A DNA stretch of 36,408 nucleotides from Jimgerdemannia flammicorona (taxonomy: Eukaryota). The stretch is taken from the NCBI GenBank assembly GCA_003990765.1, contig RBNJ01000220.1:1-36408 (forward strand). The letters run 5' to 3'. The notes beneath the pieces were generated by a model that did not search any database, was not told where the DNA came from, and saw only the letters and a program-made list of their open reading frames with translations. The position numbers and the translations under genes were made by a program. Positions 11,845 to 24,169 of this stretch are shown one piece after another; position 1 is the stretch's first letter, and every line of letters begins with the position of its first letter.

Positions 11845-14078
11845 AAAAGAGAGAAGCCTCATTGTACTCTATCTTATCTTATTTTATTACTTATTCTAAT
11901 GCTTCTCTCCTTACTGTTCATTTTATATACTTTATCTCTATGCTTATTTCAATATACTATTCATTTTATTTCATTCTAACATACTTTCATTTCAATGTGC
12001 AGCCTTGCCTCATTACTTATTCTAGTATCTTGTCTTGCTATACTGCTTATTCCAATATTGTACTCACTACAACAGCCTTGATCTGATATTTTGAAAGATT
12101 TGTTTTTTTTTTGAAGAGAGAGGAGCCTCATTGCTCTATCTCATCTCATCTTACTACTCATTACAATGCTTCTTGCCATTCATTCTACATATTTCATTCT
12201 AACATACTGTTCATTTTATTCCAATATACTGTCTTGCCTCACTACTTATTCCAACACCTTGTCTTATTACACTGCTTATCCTTGCTATACTTTTCAATGT
12301 GTCCTACTATACATAATAGTCTTGGAAAGGTTCATTTTTTTTTAGAAGAGAAGGGAGTCTCATTGTTCTATCTTATCTTGTCTTATCACTTATTCTAATA
12401 TACTATTCATTTTATTCCAACACACTGTTAATTTCATTCTAACATACCATCTTGCCTTGCCACTTATTCCAGTACCTCATCTTACCACATTATACTGCCC
12501 TTGCTACACTTTTCAATGTGCCCTACTATAACAACCTTACTCTGACATTCAAAAGATTTATTTTTTTTTGAAGAGAGAGGAGCCTTATTGCTCTACCTTG
12601 CCTTATCTTATTGCTTATTTCAATACTTCTCCTTACTATTCATTCCATGTACTTCATCTTATCACTTATTCCACCTTATCATTCATTTCATTCTAATGTA
12701 CCATCTTGTCTTACTACTCATTTCAATACAATCCCAGCTTTAGCCTATAAGTGTGCCTACTTTATCTCCTCTACCCTATTCACCTCTACATCTGTCATCT
12801 CTGGACCCACTACTTCCACACCCACCATCTCTGTATCTTCCACATGAGGAGAGGCTCTGACAAACATATTGTCTCTTGAAATAACAAAAAAGAAATAAAA
12901 GAAATTGAAATTCATTTCTATCAATTATTAAGTTGAAAGTGGATTCTATAATTGCAGGTCAAGATATCAGAAATAGTGTATAAATAGTCTTGATAAATAA
13001 TATATATATCATACTACCTTTTCAAAATATCTCATCATAATGGAAGTGAGGTTTTTTTAAGCAACTTTGGTTTAAACAATATCATATATAATGGAAAGAT
13101 AATTAAAAAGAATAAATCATATAAAGTTTTTGATAGTGACAAATTTAGAATTCCAAATCTTTTTTTTTATAAAATCAATCTGAAAAATAATGTAAATTTA
13201 AAAGAGTGGGGCAGTTTGGAAATTATAAAGGAATAAAATATATAAAAAGATTGATACTGAATATCATTCTACCACTGGAGTATAGCTGTATTAAATAACA
13301 TTCAAGTAGTACATGTACTGGAAATTGAACTGCCACTATACTCTAGCTGTATTATTCGATTATCTGTACTAATAACTGTACCACAATTAGTGCTCCTAAC
13401 GAGCATCCGAATCAACTTGGATGGGATTCGAATCAACTATTGTTTTGATTTCCAAATTAGATAATTAAATATTTACATCAATAACTCAATGAATAATCAT
13501 CCAAATTTGATGATCTTAGTGTCATTTGAAAGCCCTTAATAAGGCCTATCTAATGATACCAAGAACATTGAAATCCGATCACGCATTGCCGAGTTATGAA
13601 GGAAACCGTCTGAATCGCCGATTTTGGAAATTCTTCGATTTGCCGATTTTGGAAATTTCGTCAAATAGAACGTTTTCCTTAATATCTCGGCAACACGTAA
13701 TCTGATTTTAATGTTCTTCATATTATTAGAAAGGCCTTATTAAGGGCTTTCAAATGACACTAAGATCATCAAATTTGGATTATTATTTATCGAGTTATTG
13801 ATGTAAACATTTAATTGTCCAATTTGGAAATCAAAACAATGGTTGATTTGAATCCATCCGGATGAGATTCGAATCCAATCCGAGTTGATCCAGATGGGAT
13901 TCGAATCCATCCAAATCCCATCTGGATTGACTCGTTGGAGCACTAACCACAATATCAATATAAGAAATTAGTTGTAATAGTATTATAAATAGTGTGCTGT
14001 CTATATCTAGGGAATTTTTAAAAAGAAAGATTGTTCTTCTTGATCAGTAGATTTCCAAGTATCTTGAATGTATTGTAT

Positions 14079-14113
<35 letters not shown>

Positions 14114-14735
14114 CTTGAATGCTCGCTGACGAATACTCTCTCTTCTCTTTGCTCTGCAGCGACCTGTCTTCTAACGCATTATCTGGCGAGATCCCGGCGC
14201 AGATTGGTAATCTTGCCAATCTGCAAAGGTTGTAAGTGAACATTTCCAGATTATCTGTTGATCCGTACTTCCCTGCAAATACTACACCTTTATCGTCCCT
14301 TGCTTTTATATCGTGTGCACCTGAATAACGCAACCACCTTTTTCTCTTTTTTTTCTTCACCATCCGCCGTTCGCTCCGACCGCCGAACCTAGCATTATCG
14401 ACACCAATAATATCAAGGGACCCCTCCCTTCCCAAATTGCCCTTCTTAACCAACTCCAATACCTCATCATCAGCCACAACAACCTCGACGGTGGCTTCCC
14501 GGCCATTGCCGCGCCCCCGCTCCTCGGTTTCTGCCGTGCCACACCAAATACCTTCCAGACATGTCCGCCCACGGACGTCATGGCCAACCCTTCCTCCCTT
14601 GCTTTCGCTTGCTCCTTCGACTGCACCGGATCGGGAAAGAAATCTACCACGAGCGCGGCCCCAGGGGGATACGCAAACGCCACGCCCGCCGTCATAATCG
14701 CGACAGCCCTCGTGCTGCTTATGTCATGGGCTTGA
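9578..14735 (+). CDS. Secreted, probably GPI-anchored plant-type LRR protein (~498 aa); exons 9578-10080, 10211-10282, 10530-10601, 10701-10772, 10889-10960, 11062-11133, 11240-11311, 11444-11515, 11676-11750, 14160-14231, 14393-14735
   Basis: Signal peptide MKFTHTSALWALIASALVVNNVNA; Thr/Pro-rich stalk; LRR N-cap (GW...CCSWVKVTC); repeats LxLxxNxLxGxIPxxLGxLxxL; Cys-containing C-cap; hydrophobic terminus AVIIATALVLLMSWA*. All introns are GT-AG, phase 2, and the frame is intact throughout. Confidence 0.9.
9700..9800 (+). repeat. 30-bp coding tandem repeat (TPTPAPIDSG x3) in the LRR protein stalk
   Basis: Three near-identical copies of ACTCCGACGCCCGCGCCGATTGATAGCGGC. Confidence 0.9.
11810..12850 (-). 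repeat. Four degenerate tandem units (~225-270 bp), each poly(A)-terminated on the minus strand; probable non-LTR retroelement 3' ends inside LRR intron 9
   Basis: Poly-T followed by GAA(G)AGAGAGGAGCCTCATTGCTCTATC-like sequence at ~11843, 12113, 12345 and 12570; CpG essentially absent. Confidence 0.65.
13388..13945. mobile_element. hAT-type MITE (558 bp) with long inverted arms and an 8-bp target-site duplication
   Basis: Ends TAGTGCTCC...GGAGCACTA; TSD ACCACAAT at 13380-13387 and 13946-13953; inverted arms ~13420-13547 versus ~13732-13858. Confidence 0.9.
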
Positions 14736-15892
14736 AGGGTGGTTGGTGTGGATGGGGAACATTGAACGAAATGTAGATTTTTGAGCCGATAGAGACTTTT
14801 TTGTTTTTTTTTTGTTGCCTTCATTGGTTTGACTTAAATTACAAGCTCGTAACCACAATAACTCGTCATCGTCTAATTACAAAATCATAAAGCCACATTT
14901 TTCTTTCCCTTGCATTCCATCATTCCCCTATTTATGCGAAATGTTCTACGGCGTTGCCTGGCAGTGTTGTGGGGCGCGTCAGATTATTTTGTATTCGTTC
15001 CAATACATACCTCTAACTCGGGAAGTGACTCCAACTGCCCATAGGTTCAGGTTTTGCATGTCGTTGGATTCGTTCTATTCAACCCCTCCTTAGGATTTAC
15101 GTGATAGCAGTTCAACACATACATCACGCATACGTCAATATTCATACATATAGCGGAGCGATCTGGTGAGTAAGGTTTCGGGGTTTGGGTCTGCAATAAC
15201 ATAGATATGTATAGAATTCCCACATGATGGCTAAAGATGGTGGGACATGATTATATTTAGATTTAGAAGGGCGTAACCAATACTCTGAGAACTTTATTTT
15301 GTGAATAAACTTTTAACTGCTGAATTTTCCCCCCAAAGTCTGGCCGAGAGGACTGTTATACCCTCCTTCAAAGACCAAAATTCCCGGAGGTGGTACCCTA
15401 AATTTATTAAATGCTGTTGTTGGCAGGGGTGACACCCATAACTGCAGAAAGGCTGGTGCACCCGACCAAGGACCGGGCATTTTAGATAAACCCCGACGGG
15501 CCAAGGAACGGGAAAACGGCTCATTCTCAAACCCGTGTTTCCAATGTCCTGTTTCCTTCACATGTTGAAGCTGCCAAGTCCGCGTCGGTGACTATGAGAA
15601 TAAATAAATGGAGGCTCTGTCCAACGCCTCTTGGAGGACATCCTCAGGATGCTTCGAACCCTCGAGCAACGAAGATTCCGTGAGATCAAGTCGCTGCTAA
15701 TATGAAATATTTCGCGCTGCCTCGTCCTACAACCTGCTATATATATATATATCCAGGATCCTAATTTACCATCTTTGGAATGAGACTAAGCCTCAATCGT
15801 CGCTAAGTCGCGAGATAGACTTCGCAAATTGTTCGTCTGTCTAATTATGTACTTTAAAAATGCAACTGGAGACAGATACCGCCGTTTTTTTT

Positions 15893-15941
<49 letters not shown>

Positions 15942-16399
15942 GTCTTCGCATCGGCCAAACGTCCTTTAACTCTTCCTCCGGAGATGGGCAAATCAGCGAT
16001 TCTCTTTGCCAACCAGAGAAATAGGATTACGGCTCGGAGACGTCATCGATACCAACATATCCGATCTCCGGCTCATTTCACAACGTAATCCTGGCGACAA
16101 CTGTCTTCTTGCCGCGCAAGAGAGCGTTAAGGAGTGAGTACTTTTGTGCCGTGTTTGCCTCTCGTGCAGCATGCCTTACAAAGTATGAAAGCATAGCTTT
16201 TACTCATACCAGTGGGATCTTTTGACATCTACATCATGAAAAAAAATTTGAACATCTCACCTGACAATCTGCATCTGGGACATTTCACTCTGCATCTGCA
16301 TAAAGAACATCTCTCACTTATATCTATGATATCTAAGTCATCTAGTATTAACATAAATTCAGAATTAAGAATATTGTTGAAAATCAATTTTGTATAAAA

Positions 16400-18180
16400 A
16401 AAAATATATCTTTGATATAATTATTCAAATCAAATTAAGGGTCAATTCAATTCAAAGTCCAATTTAAACCTGATTTTTCAAAATTCAATAACTTAACCAA
16501 AATATATCTAAATTTAATAAATTTTAGCTTGTTCAATGTGCCTTATGATAGAGAATCTAGTACAATAAAGAATATTAAATTTGGACATATTTCCATTGAG
16601 TTATTATATTAAATCAAATTGAACTTTAATTTGATTTGATCAAATTGAATCAGGCCTCAATTCAATTCAAAAAAACCCCAATTTAATTCAATTTCAATAA
16701 CTCTCAATTTATTTAAAAGCACTAGTTGGATTTCTTATCTATCAAGTTTTTCATAATCTTTTATAAGAGCTTGTCTTTGACTAATTTTAGTACTTTTTAT
16801 CTTATTATATTTATACTAATAGTTATAGAGAAAAACTAAACAGTGCTATCTCTAAATAACTATATCTATTATATATATTGTCAAATAAACTAAATAAGCT
16901 ATAATATGATCTCTTTCTAAAAGTAATTAAAAATTAGATATAAAAATAATAAATATAAAATTAATATCTTTTAATTTTAAAAATTATAAATATTAACTTT
17001 AATACTCAAATTAAATTAAATTAAATTAAATTTAACTCTAATTCAATTCAAATTTAAATTTTTAAAATTTAAATTTTAGTTTATTAGATTTATCTAAGTA
17101 AATTTAACATAATAAAAATTATATATTTTGATTGAGTTATTGTATTTTAAAGTTTAACTCTTAATTTAAATTTACTCTAATTTAATTTATTTAAAAGTAC
17201 TAGTAAACTTTATAAAAAGTATAGATTTGTTATTGTGTATTAGATTTATCTATATCTAAATAAATTTAGTATAATAAGAATTATTAAATTTGAATATTTT
17301 TTATTAAGTTATTATATTTTAAATTTCAACTCACAATTTTAAATTAAATTAGACTTAAATTTAATTTAATTAATTCAAATTGATTTAATTTATTTAAAAA
17401 TACTACTCTATAATTAAGCTATAATAGAAATATTTTAGTAAAGTTTAAGATTAGATTTTTTTTTTTTTTTTTTTAATTAATATTATTTATAATATTAGTA
17501 AAAATAAAGTAAAAGTGAGATAAAGATATAATTGTTAAAAATATTACTTTATTATTTCAACTTACTTTATTACTTAAAGCTTAAGATATATAAATATGTA
17601 TTTTTAAAGAATTGTTTAATAAATATAAAATAAGAATAAAAATATATAATTAAAAAAAATATATATAACTAATATTATAGAGATAATTATATATTACTAT
17701 ATATGTAAATATTTTATCTTTATATATTAATAATAAAGTAAAATTTAAACTATTTAGATATTTGATAAACAAAAAGAAGAATTATTAAAAATAATAATAT
17801 AAAGTATAAAAATATATATCTATATTATATAAAAAAGATTATTATATAAGAGACTACTATATAAGAAAAATTATATAATAAAAACCTATATATGTATATA
17901 TACTTATTAATCATTAATTGTTAAAAGATATTATTTATCAATATTAGTCAGAAATCTTTAAATAATAAATACATTTCATTATCTATTATTTTTATATTAT
18001 AAAATCAATACAGACTGAAAAGATCTATAAACAATTTAGAGAATGATCCTTTAGACCTCAGAAATGATATTACTCTCTTTAAACATCATCAATTATAAAA
18101 ACATTATTTATATACTTTATATATATATATTGATAGAAATAAAACTGAGCAGAGCTGATATAGAATGCAATGTTCTTCTA
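16400..18180. mobile_element. Very AT-rich cluster of decayed MITE/DNA-transposon fragments related to the 13388-13945 element
   Basis: Right-end variants AAAGCACTA (~16717), AAAGTACTA (~17194), AAAATACTA (~17397); shared AAATTTGGA...GAGTTATT internal motif at ~16578 and ~17287; AATTCA subterminal repeats. Confidence 0.6.
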
Positions 18181-18327
18181 TAAAGGACACATTCAAAACT
18201 TTAGGCAGCCACATTTTACACATTCAAGCATCCACACCATTGCCCACTAACAGTCTTAAAAAAAGGTTTTGTGTGATATATCAACGGATGGCCAATAAAT
18301 TATGAAAAAAGAGGTGGGAAGGAGACC

Positions 18328-18974
18328 TTACTCCGTCTTAGTCTTCTCTTGCTCGCTCGCATTGCTCTGCGCCCTTGTCATGAGCAGCGTTCCTGTGACT
18401 ATCAAGCTCGCGCCGCCCCACCATTGCAGAGCGAGCGGTTCGCCAAAGACGACGTTCCCGAGGATGGCCTGGTGGTTGATGAAAAATGATGGTTTGTCCT
18501 ACGGATGGCTTTAAAAAGTCAGAGATATGTAACAGAAAAGCAGGATATGTACCGTGGCGCAGAAGTTGATGGCGCTGTTGACGACAGTGACCTGCACCGA
18601 GGACGTGGCTTTGTTAAGGGCCTTTGTGAAGAGAGTCCACATCAACGCATTGCAGCCGAAGATGAGGGCGAAACAGGTGCCGCGGACAACAAGGAGCAAC
18701 TGCGGCGAGGAAAAATTGCGAGGGTCGGTCACTAATCACAGCGACAACACGGCAAAGCTCACAATTCTCCACTGCTGGATATCTGATCACGTACAACATT
18801 ATCTCCTTGGTTGGCACACAGATCCAGGCCCGCATAGAGCTGGGAGGCGGAGCATATCCACTGGATGGCGGCGTCTGTCCTCGTGTCGGTAAATAGCTTT
18901 GCAAAGACAGAGGCGAGAGAGGCGAATAGGCCGGACAAGAGGGCGAAGGGCAGATAGGCGAGTGCGGCAGACAT
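18328..18974 (-). CDS. TMEM42: TMEM42-like small DMT/EamA-fold membrane protein, three exons
   Basis: ALLSGLFASLASVFAKL...NALMWTLFTKALNKATSSVQVTVVNSAINFCAT-AILGNVVFGEPLALQWWGGASLIVTGTLLM; matches the TMEM42 pattern; GT-AG introns at ~18701-18793 and ~18469-18552. Confidence 0.85.
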
Positions 18975-19154
18975 GGCTCTGACTGAATCACTGATGTGCT
19001 GAATTACTGATCTGACTGAATGTGAGTCCGTCACGTGGCAAAAACTACTTACGTCATCTCCCCTCCTCGCTCACAACAGAACCGCTCATCCCTTCTTTGG
19101 CGAGTGGCGAGGCGCGTTTGACCCTGTCCAAGTCGCACCAACCACCGACGAGCA
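18975..19154. promoter_or_regulatory. Probable bidirectional promoter between TMEM42 and the nucleoporin gene
   Basis: The two start codons diverge only 180 bp apart; contains TCACGTG (E-box, ~19031) and TTACGTCA (CRE-like, ~19049). Confidence 0.55.
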
Positions 19155-19954
19155 ATGTCCTTCTCTTTCGGTAAATATTTATAATTCAAATGTTCTCTTC
19201 AACACAAGCCAAGTCCACGGACGAGTCGCGCAAGGCACAGGCCGTGGCCAACCCGGGAGAGCAGACGAGCAATAAACGTTCAAACACACAGAGAGATAAT
19301 GTTGACGATTCCGATTCGTCATCTTTTAAACGTCTCGTCACAGGCACCCCCGCCGCTCAAACCACCACCTTCGGTAGGTCCACCATCCGCCCTTTCTTCT
19401 TGCCGTGTAAAACTCATCTCGTCGGGGCCGCCACTGGGGCTGCCCAACCTAACCGCCTCACCCACAAAACCGCGCCTTGATCCGTCCGATCATGCCCTTC
19501 TGCGATTTAGGCCTTGGCGTGACCCAAACTCCCCAACAGACCCCCTCCTTCAATCTCAACGCCACCGGCCAGCCCTCTACCTCGACGCCCGCCCTCTTCG
19601 GCGGCGGCGGCGGCGGCTCGTCATTCTCCTTCGGCGGCAGCGCCACCACACCGGCCACGTCCCAGCCCGCGGCATCCGTCGCCCCGACCTCGACCTTTGG
19701 TGGCTTCGGCTTCGGAACGGCCACGGGCCTGTTCGGCCAGACCCAACAGTCCTCGCAGCCCGCACCCACACAGTCTCTGTTCACTACCCCAGCCCCAGCG
19801 ACCACGAGCATAGGCCTGTTCGGGTCAAGCACGTCCGCTCTTGGTGGTGGGACCGGGTTGTTTGGCGCAAAGACGACCGCGGCTCCATCGAGTTTTAGCT
19901 TTAATACCCAGCCGGGCGGGTTATTTGGGGGGTCGGGGACGACGGGTTTGTTTG

Positions 19955-20020
<66 letters not shown>

Positions 20021-21658
20021 AACAGCAGCAACAACAGCAACAACAGCAACAGCAGCAACAGCAGCAACAGCAGCAACAGCAACAACAGCAGCAGCAATAC
20101 CTCTTCAGTATGTAGTCATGGGATTTGGGGTGTGTTCGGGTTATTGCATATTGAAGCGGCGGAGGAACGATTGAGGACTAATTGCTAGTAGAATGTGGCT
20201 TCTTTTGTACAAATGTTATGGTTGATATGTTTGATATCCATTAAGCGCAATTCCTTCTTTCAACGCAGACGCACAAGCGCAACAGCAGCAACAGCAACAG
20301 CAAGCACCCAACCCCTGGGACAGCTTCATGTTGATCAAGGCATATTGGGACCCGAAGTCACCACATTGCCAGTTCAAGGTATTTGCTTCTCTATCTCCAT
20401 GAACGCTATTCGAGGTGCTTTAACGTGGTTCGGGTTCAAAGATATGTTTTGCGTATGATGCTATGTATTAAGCAGGAATAAATGAAACTAATATGGTCAT
20501 CTCGGCCCACGAAACAGCACTACTTCTACAACATGGTACATCCAAACGACGCCCATAACTACGGGCGCCCCGCGGACCAGGACGAGACGTTATGGAACCA
20601 GGCGATGAGGGATAACCCGGACCTCAGCTGGTGGGTGCCCTTCATACTGTTGTGGTGCAGTGGATAGAGGATGAGTTGTTTATTGAGATTCATCCGACTC
20701 ACAAGCTTGGCATCGGTTTTCCATCTTTCGTGGGCGCAATAGCATGGTGCCCGCCCTAGCGGTTGGTTTCGAAGACATCAAGAAGCGCACCGAAATGCAA
20801 GAGCAGACAAGCATGGCCCACCGGGCTAAGCTGGCGGTTTGTATATTCCCATTGCTCTTTGTTTTCCATCTTCCCGTTATACATTTTCACTCCTGATGGG
20901 TTATAAGGGATTGTATTTTGATGCTGACGATGGTCAAATATGATACTCGACGCACAGGAAATCGCGGACAAGATCCAAGCACTCCAACAGCAACATGACC
21001 TTAAAACGAGTGTCAGACTGGAAGAGTACAAGAATCGGCATTCGATGATGGCACATCGAGTCTTGCAGGTATAAGAGATTCTCTGGAGGCGATTGTGCTT
21101 TCGCAGGTGTTGACTTGGCATGTTTTGGGGTGGATGTTGAGAGCTCTGTTCTTTCCCAACAAAACCAGCTCATGTCCAAAGTCGAGCTCCTCCGCAACAA
21201 AGGTTTCTCGATCCGGCCCGAAGAAGAGCAACTGCGGGCGCGCCTCGAGACGCTGCAGCAGCACCTGCGAAAACCGAACCAGTTCCGCGGCAAGGTGAAT
21301 GAGCTCTGGGCGCAGCTGCAGACGATCCATGAGGCGAAGCAAGTCTACGGCGGTAGAGGAAGCGGACCCGAGACATGGGAGGTCGTGGACGACTCCCAGC
21401 TCGCGGTGATTGCTAAGGTGGGTGTTGGAGATTGGTCTCGTAGGAGTCGGCCCTTGGATTCGATGAGGTGGTGGGCTCGGTTAATTTGGTTTTATTATAT
21501 TTTGTTTAACGCATGCCCATCTATTTTGGCCATGATCCCTCTCCCAGGTTTTCGCGGAACAGCAAGCCGGGCTGCAGCATGTGACGAACGTGTTGCAGAA
21601 TTATGAGACCGACTTGAAGATCATCGATACGGGGTTGGCAGAGGCGCCGAGGTCGTGA
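19155..21658 (+). CDS. NUP57: Central-channel FG/GLFG nucleoporin Nup57/Nup54, multi-exon with two 5' micro-exons
   Basis: MSFSFG start; FG/GLFG repeats; polyQ; then WDPKSPHCQFK-HYFYNMV...LWNQAMRDNPD...MVPALAVGFEDIKKR...LRNKGFSIRPEEEQLRARLE...RGKVNELWAQL...FAEQQAGLQHVTNVL, matching the Nup54/57 alpha-helical domain. Confidence 0.92.
19957..20097 (+). repeat. CAG/CAA trinucleotide repeat encoding 47 consecutive Gln
   Basis: 141 nt of uninterrupted CAG/CAA codons in frame with the GLFG domain. Confidence 0.97.
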
Positions 21659-22092
21659 GCGTGAGAGGAGGATCTTGCATAGGAGGGTATTGAAGGATGG
21701 CGGGCGTGTGGCGTATTGTACTGATGTATGATGGATTGGGATGGGCGTGAAAACATGTCGAGTGGTGGTTTTTGCGTGTTAGTTTGGGGGGAGGGAGAGC
21801 GGTAGTGTTGTAATTCATGTACTCTTTTTGTTGACCTGCATATCTTCGAGGACATTTATGCTTACAGCTCTTTTGTTCTAAAAATACACTTGTGCTTTTT
21901 TTTTTCTCGTCTGTTGGTTATTTTATTAGGTATAGAATTATGTCAATGCATGGGATGTGTCATGTGCGAGTCATGTGATGGTGTGATGATTGCCAGTCAC
22001 ACCAACCTATGACAACCCACGCGTAGCTCTTTACCTTCTAACACTCGAAAACACTCCACCCCGCTAAAAGCAACCTCGGGACCCCAACAGAA

Positions 22093-24169
22093 ATGTCCCT
22101 TCTGTCCACCCGCTCGCTCGTCATGCGCGCCTGCGCACCACGCCTCCTCGGCTCCTCCTTCTCCCGCGCCCCGCTTCGTCTCACCCATTCTCGCCCTTTC
22201 ACACGCTCTGCACTCGTCGCCAAAGACGTGGACGCCGATGGTAAGGACACCTTGCCCGGGAAGGCTGGAAACATCATCGAGTCCATGCTCTATGGGTCGA
22301 AGAAGATCAAGGAGGAGGAGGAACAGACGTACTCCAAGAAGCTGGCTAGGGGGAAGTACGTCCACGAGTTGCAGAGTGAGTGTTTATTTTGTTTATTTTT
22401 TATGGAGGGGGGAAAGAGGGGGGAGAGAGATTAACGTGTAGGAAGGAGGGTTGTGGATCTGCGAATGACGCGAGCAAATTATAGCGAGACTAGTTTCGAC
22501 TGTCTTGGGAAGGTTTGCTAGTAAGGATACGCGAAGTAGACAAGGCACGTTTGAGCTCCCACAGGCATGAGCCATGCGGAATTTGCGACTGCGCTTCGTG
22601 TGATCACGTCACGTAGATACCTAGGCTCCTAATGGGAAGCTGAATACTCCACAATGACTCATTCACCCATTCCCCATTCAACAGAGCACAAGGTGAAGCC
22701 GAAATACGTCGAGGACTATATCAAGCTTATGTAAGCGTCGTCCTAGAGAAAACTGTCGTACCTTCATGGTTCCATTGGAATGCTTTGTGGAATAGGGACT
22801 TCGTGTTGGCTTGCTTACTCCAGAACACCGATCAATTGGGCTCGGAAACATTATCGCCACGTACTTTGATTGACCAATATAAAAATCATTTATTTATCTA
22901 GTTCCGTCCATTACCCCCGCATCGCCAGCGATCCTGAGAACCAGGTCAACCTGTGCGGTAGCTGGCAGACTGAGATCGGCGATCAGGATTCCTTTAGTGA
23001 GTATTCAGGGTATTGTTAAATACTTGGTTTATTACGGCCGCAAGCTGAGATCCGGTATGATGAAAGGAGAGTGAGTGGGTCATTGATGGACTAAATGCGT
23101 GTTTCACGGTTAACTCTTCTTTGCTTCGTGAATCTAGTTCACGTCTGGGAGTACAGAGGATACCCAGGCCACAAGCAGACGATGACTAGGCTTCGTGAGG
23201 ATGAGGTGAGGATGAAGGGTGGTCAGGAGGCGCTGTTGAAATCCCGTCTCCCAAAAAAAAAAAAAACCTCCCTCTCAAAGACAACAATCCTCCCGTGTTG
23301 CGGAACCACAGCATTACCAAAATTTCATCCGCGAGCTACTCCCGATGCTTGTCTCGCGCGAGAACCAGATGTGCCTCGAGTTCTCGTTCTGGGCCACCTC
23401 GCCGCCGCGGGTCACCAATGGCATCTACGAATTGAGGAGCTACTTGTTGAAGGTAAGGTCGAATTCTAAAGAGGTGGGAAATGGGGTGATTGGTGGACGA
23501 ATTGTTATTGCTTGTATGATGAGGGACTTACCCAGATGGTTATTCGCTTTACAGCCCGGAAATCTTCTTGAGTGGGAGCTTAATTGGTATATCTTCCGTT
23601 TTACTTATGTATGGGGTGGAAAATACACATACAGACACGAACACATTATTGATGTAAATTTCTTACACGTATTGTTGCCGCAGGCGCAAAGGACTCGAGT
23701 GCCGTAGCCAGTTCTGCGAGCCTGTTGGCGCGTGGTTCTCGCAGCTAGGCCCGCTCAACTTCGTTCACCATATGTGGAATTACCCGTGAGTAGGGTTTAT
23801 TGTCAAGGGTGACCCGCTCTTTGTCATTCGAGTATTTCGCTCTGGTGGATTTCATCTGTATGGTGATTGATTGTTTCTGTTCGTCAATTGCAGTGACCTC
23901 CAAGTGCGAAAGGAAACCCGTGAGCAAGCTTGGCAGGTCAATGGATGGGCGGAGACCGTGTACAACACTGGTACGATCCTTGTTACATGGATTTAAAGTG
24001 TCTTGGTGAATGGGCGCGCGGATGCTGTCGTTATACACGCATGGCGGCAACCTTGCATGAGTAGATATCTGATTCGCGCCTTCTATTTTGGTTCCTCTCT
24101 TCAGTCCGCCTGATCAACACCATGAACACGGCGATCCTTTCCCCGTTGCCGTTTAGCCCGCTCAAATAA
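22093..24169 (+). CDS. NIPSNAP: NIPSNAP family protein with a likely mitochondrial presequence, about nine exons
   Basis: Arg/Ser/Leu-rich N-terminus; YSKKLARGKYVHELQKHKVKP; LCGSWQTEIGDQD; HVWEYRGY; IYELRSYLLKPGNLLEWELNWRKGLECR; VGAWFSQLGPLNFVHHMWNYPDLQVRKETREQAWQVNGWAETVYNT; ILSPLPFSPLK*. Confidence 0.95.

Noticed and set aside
15884..15936. Long poly-T tracts here and at 1-20, 484-508 and 14081-14111 as terminators
   Set aside because: No hairpins; common intronic or intergenic homopolymers in this genome, and lengths may be unreliable
19299..20188. Alternative-frame ORFs with poly-Arg or poly-Ser/Asn
   Set aside because: Off-frame readings of the nucleoporin FG and polyQ exon
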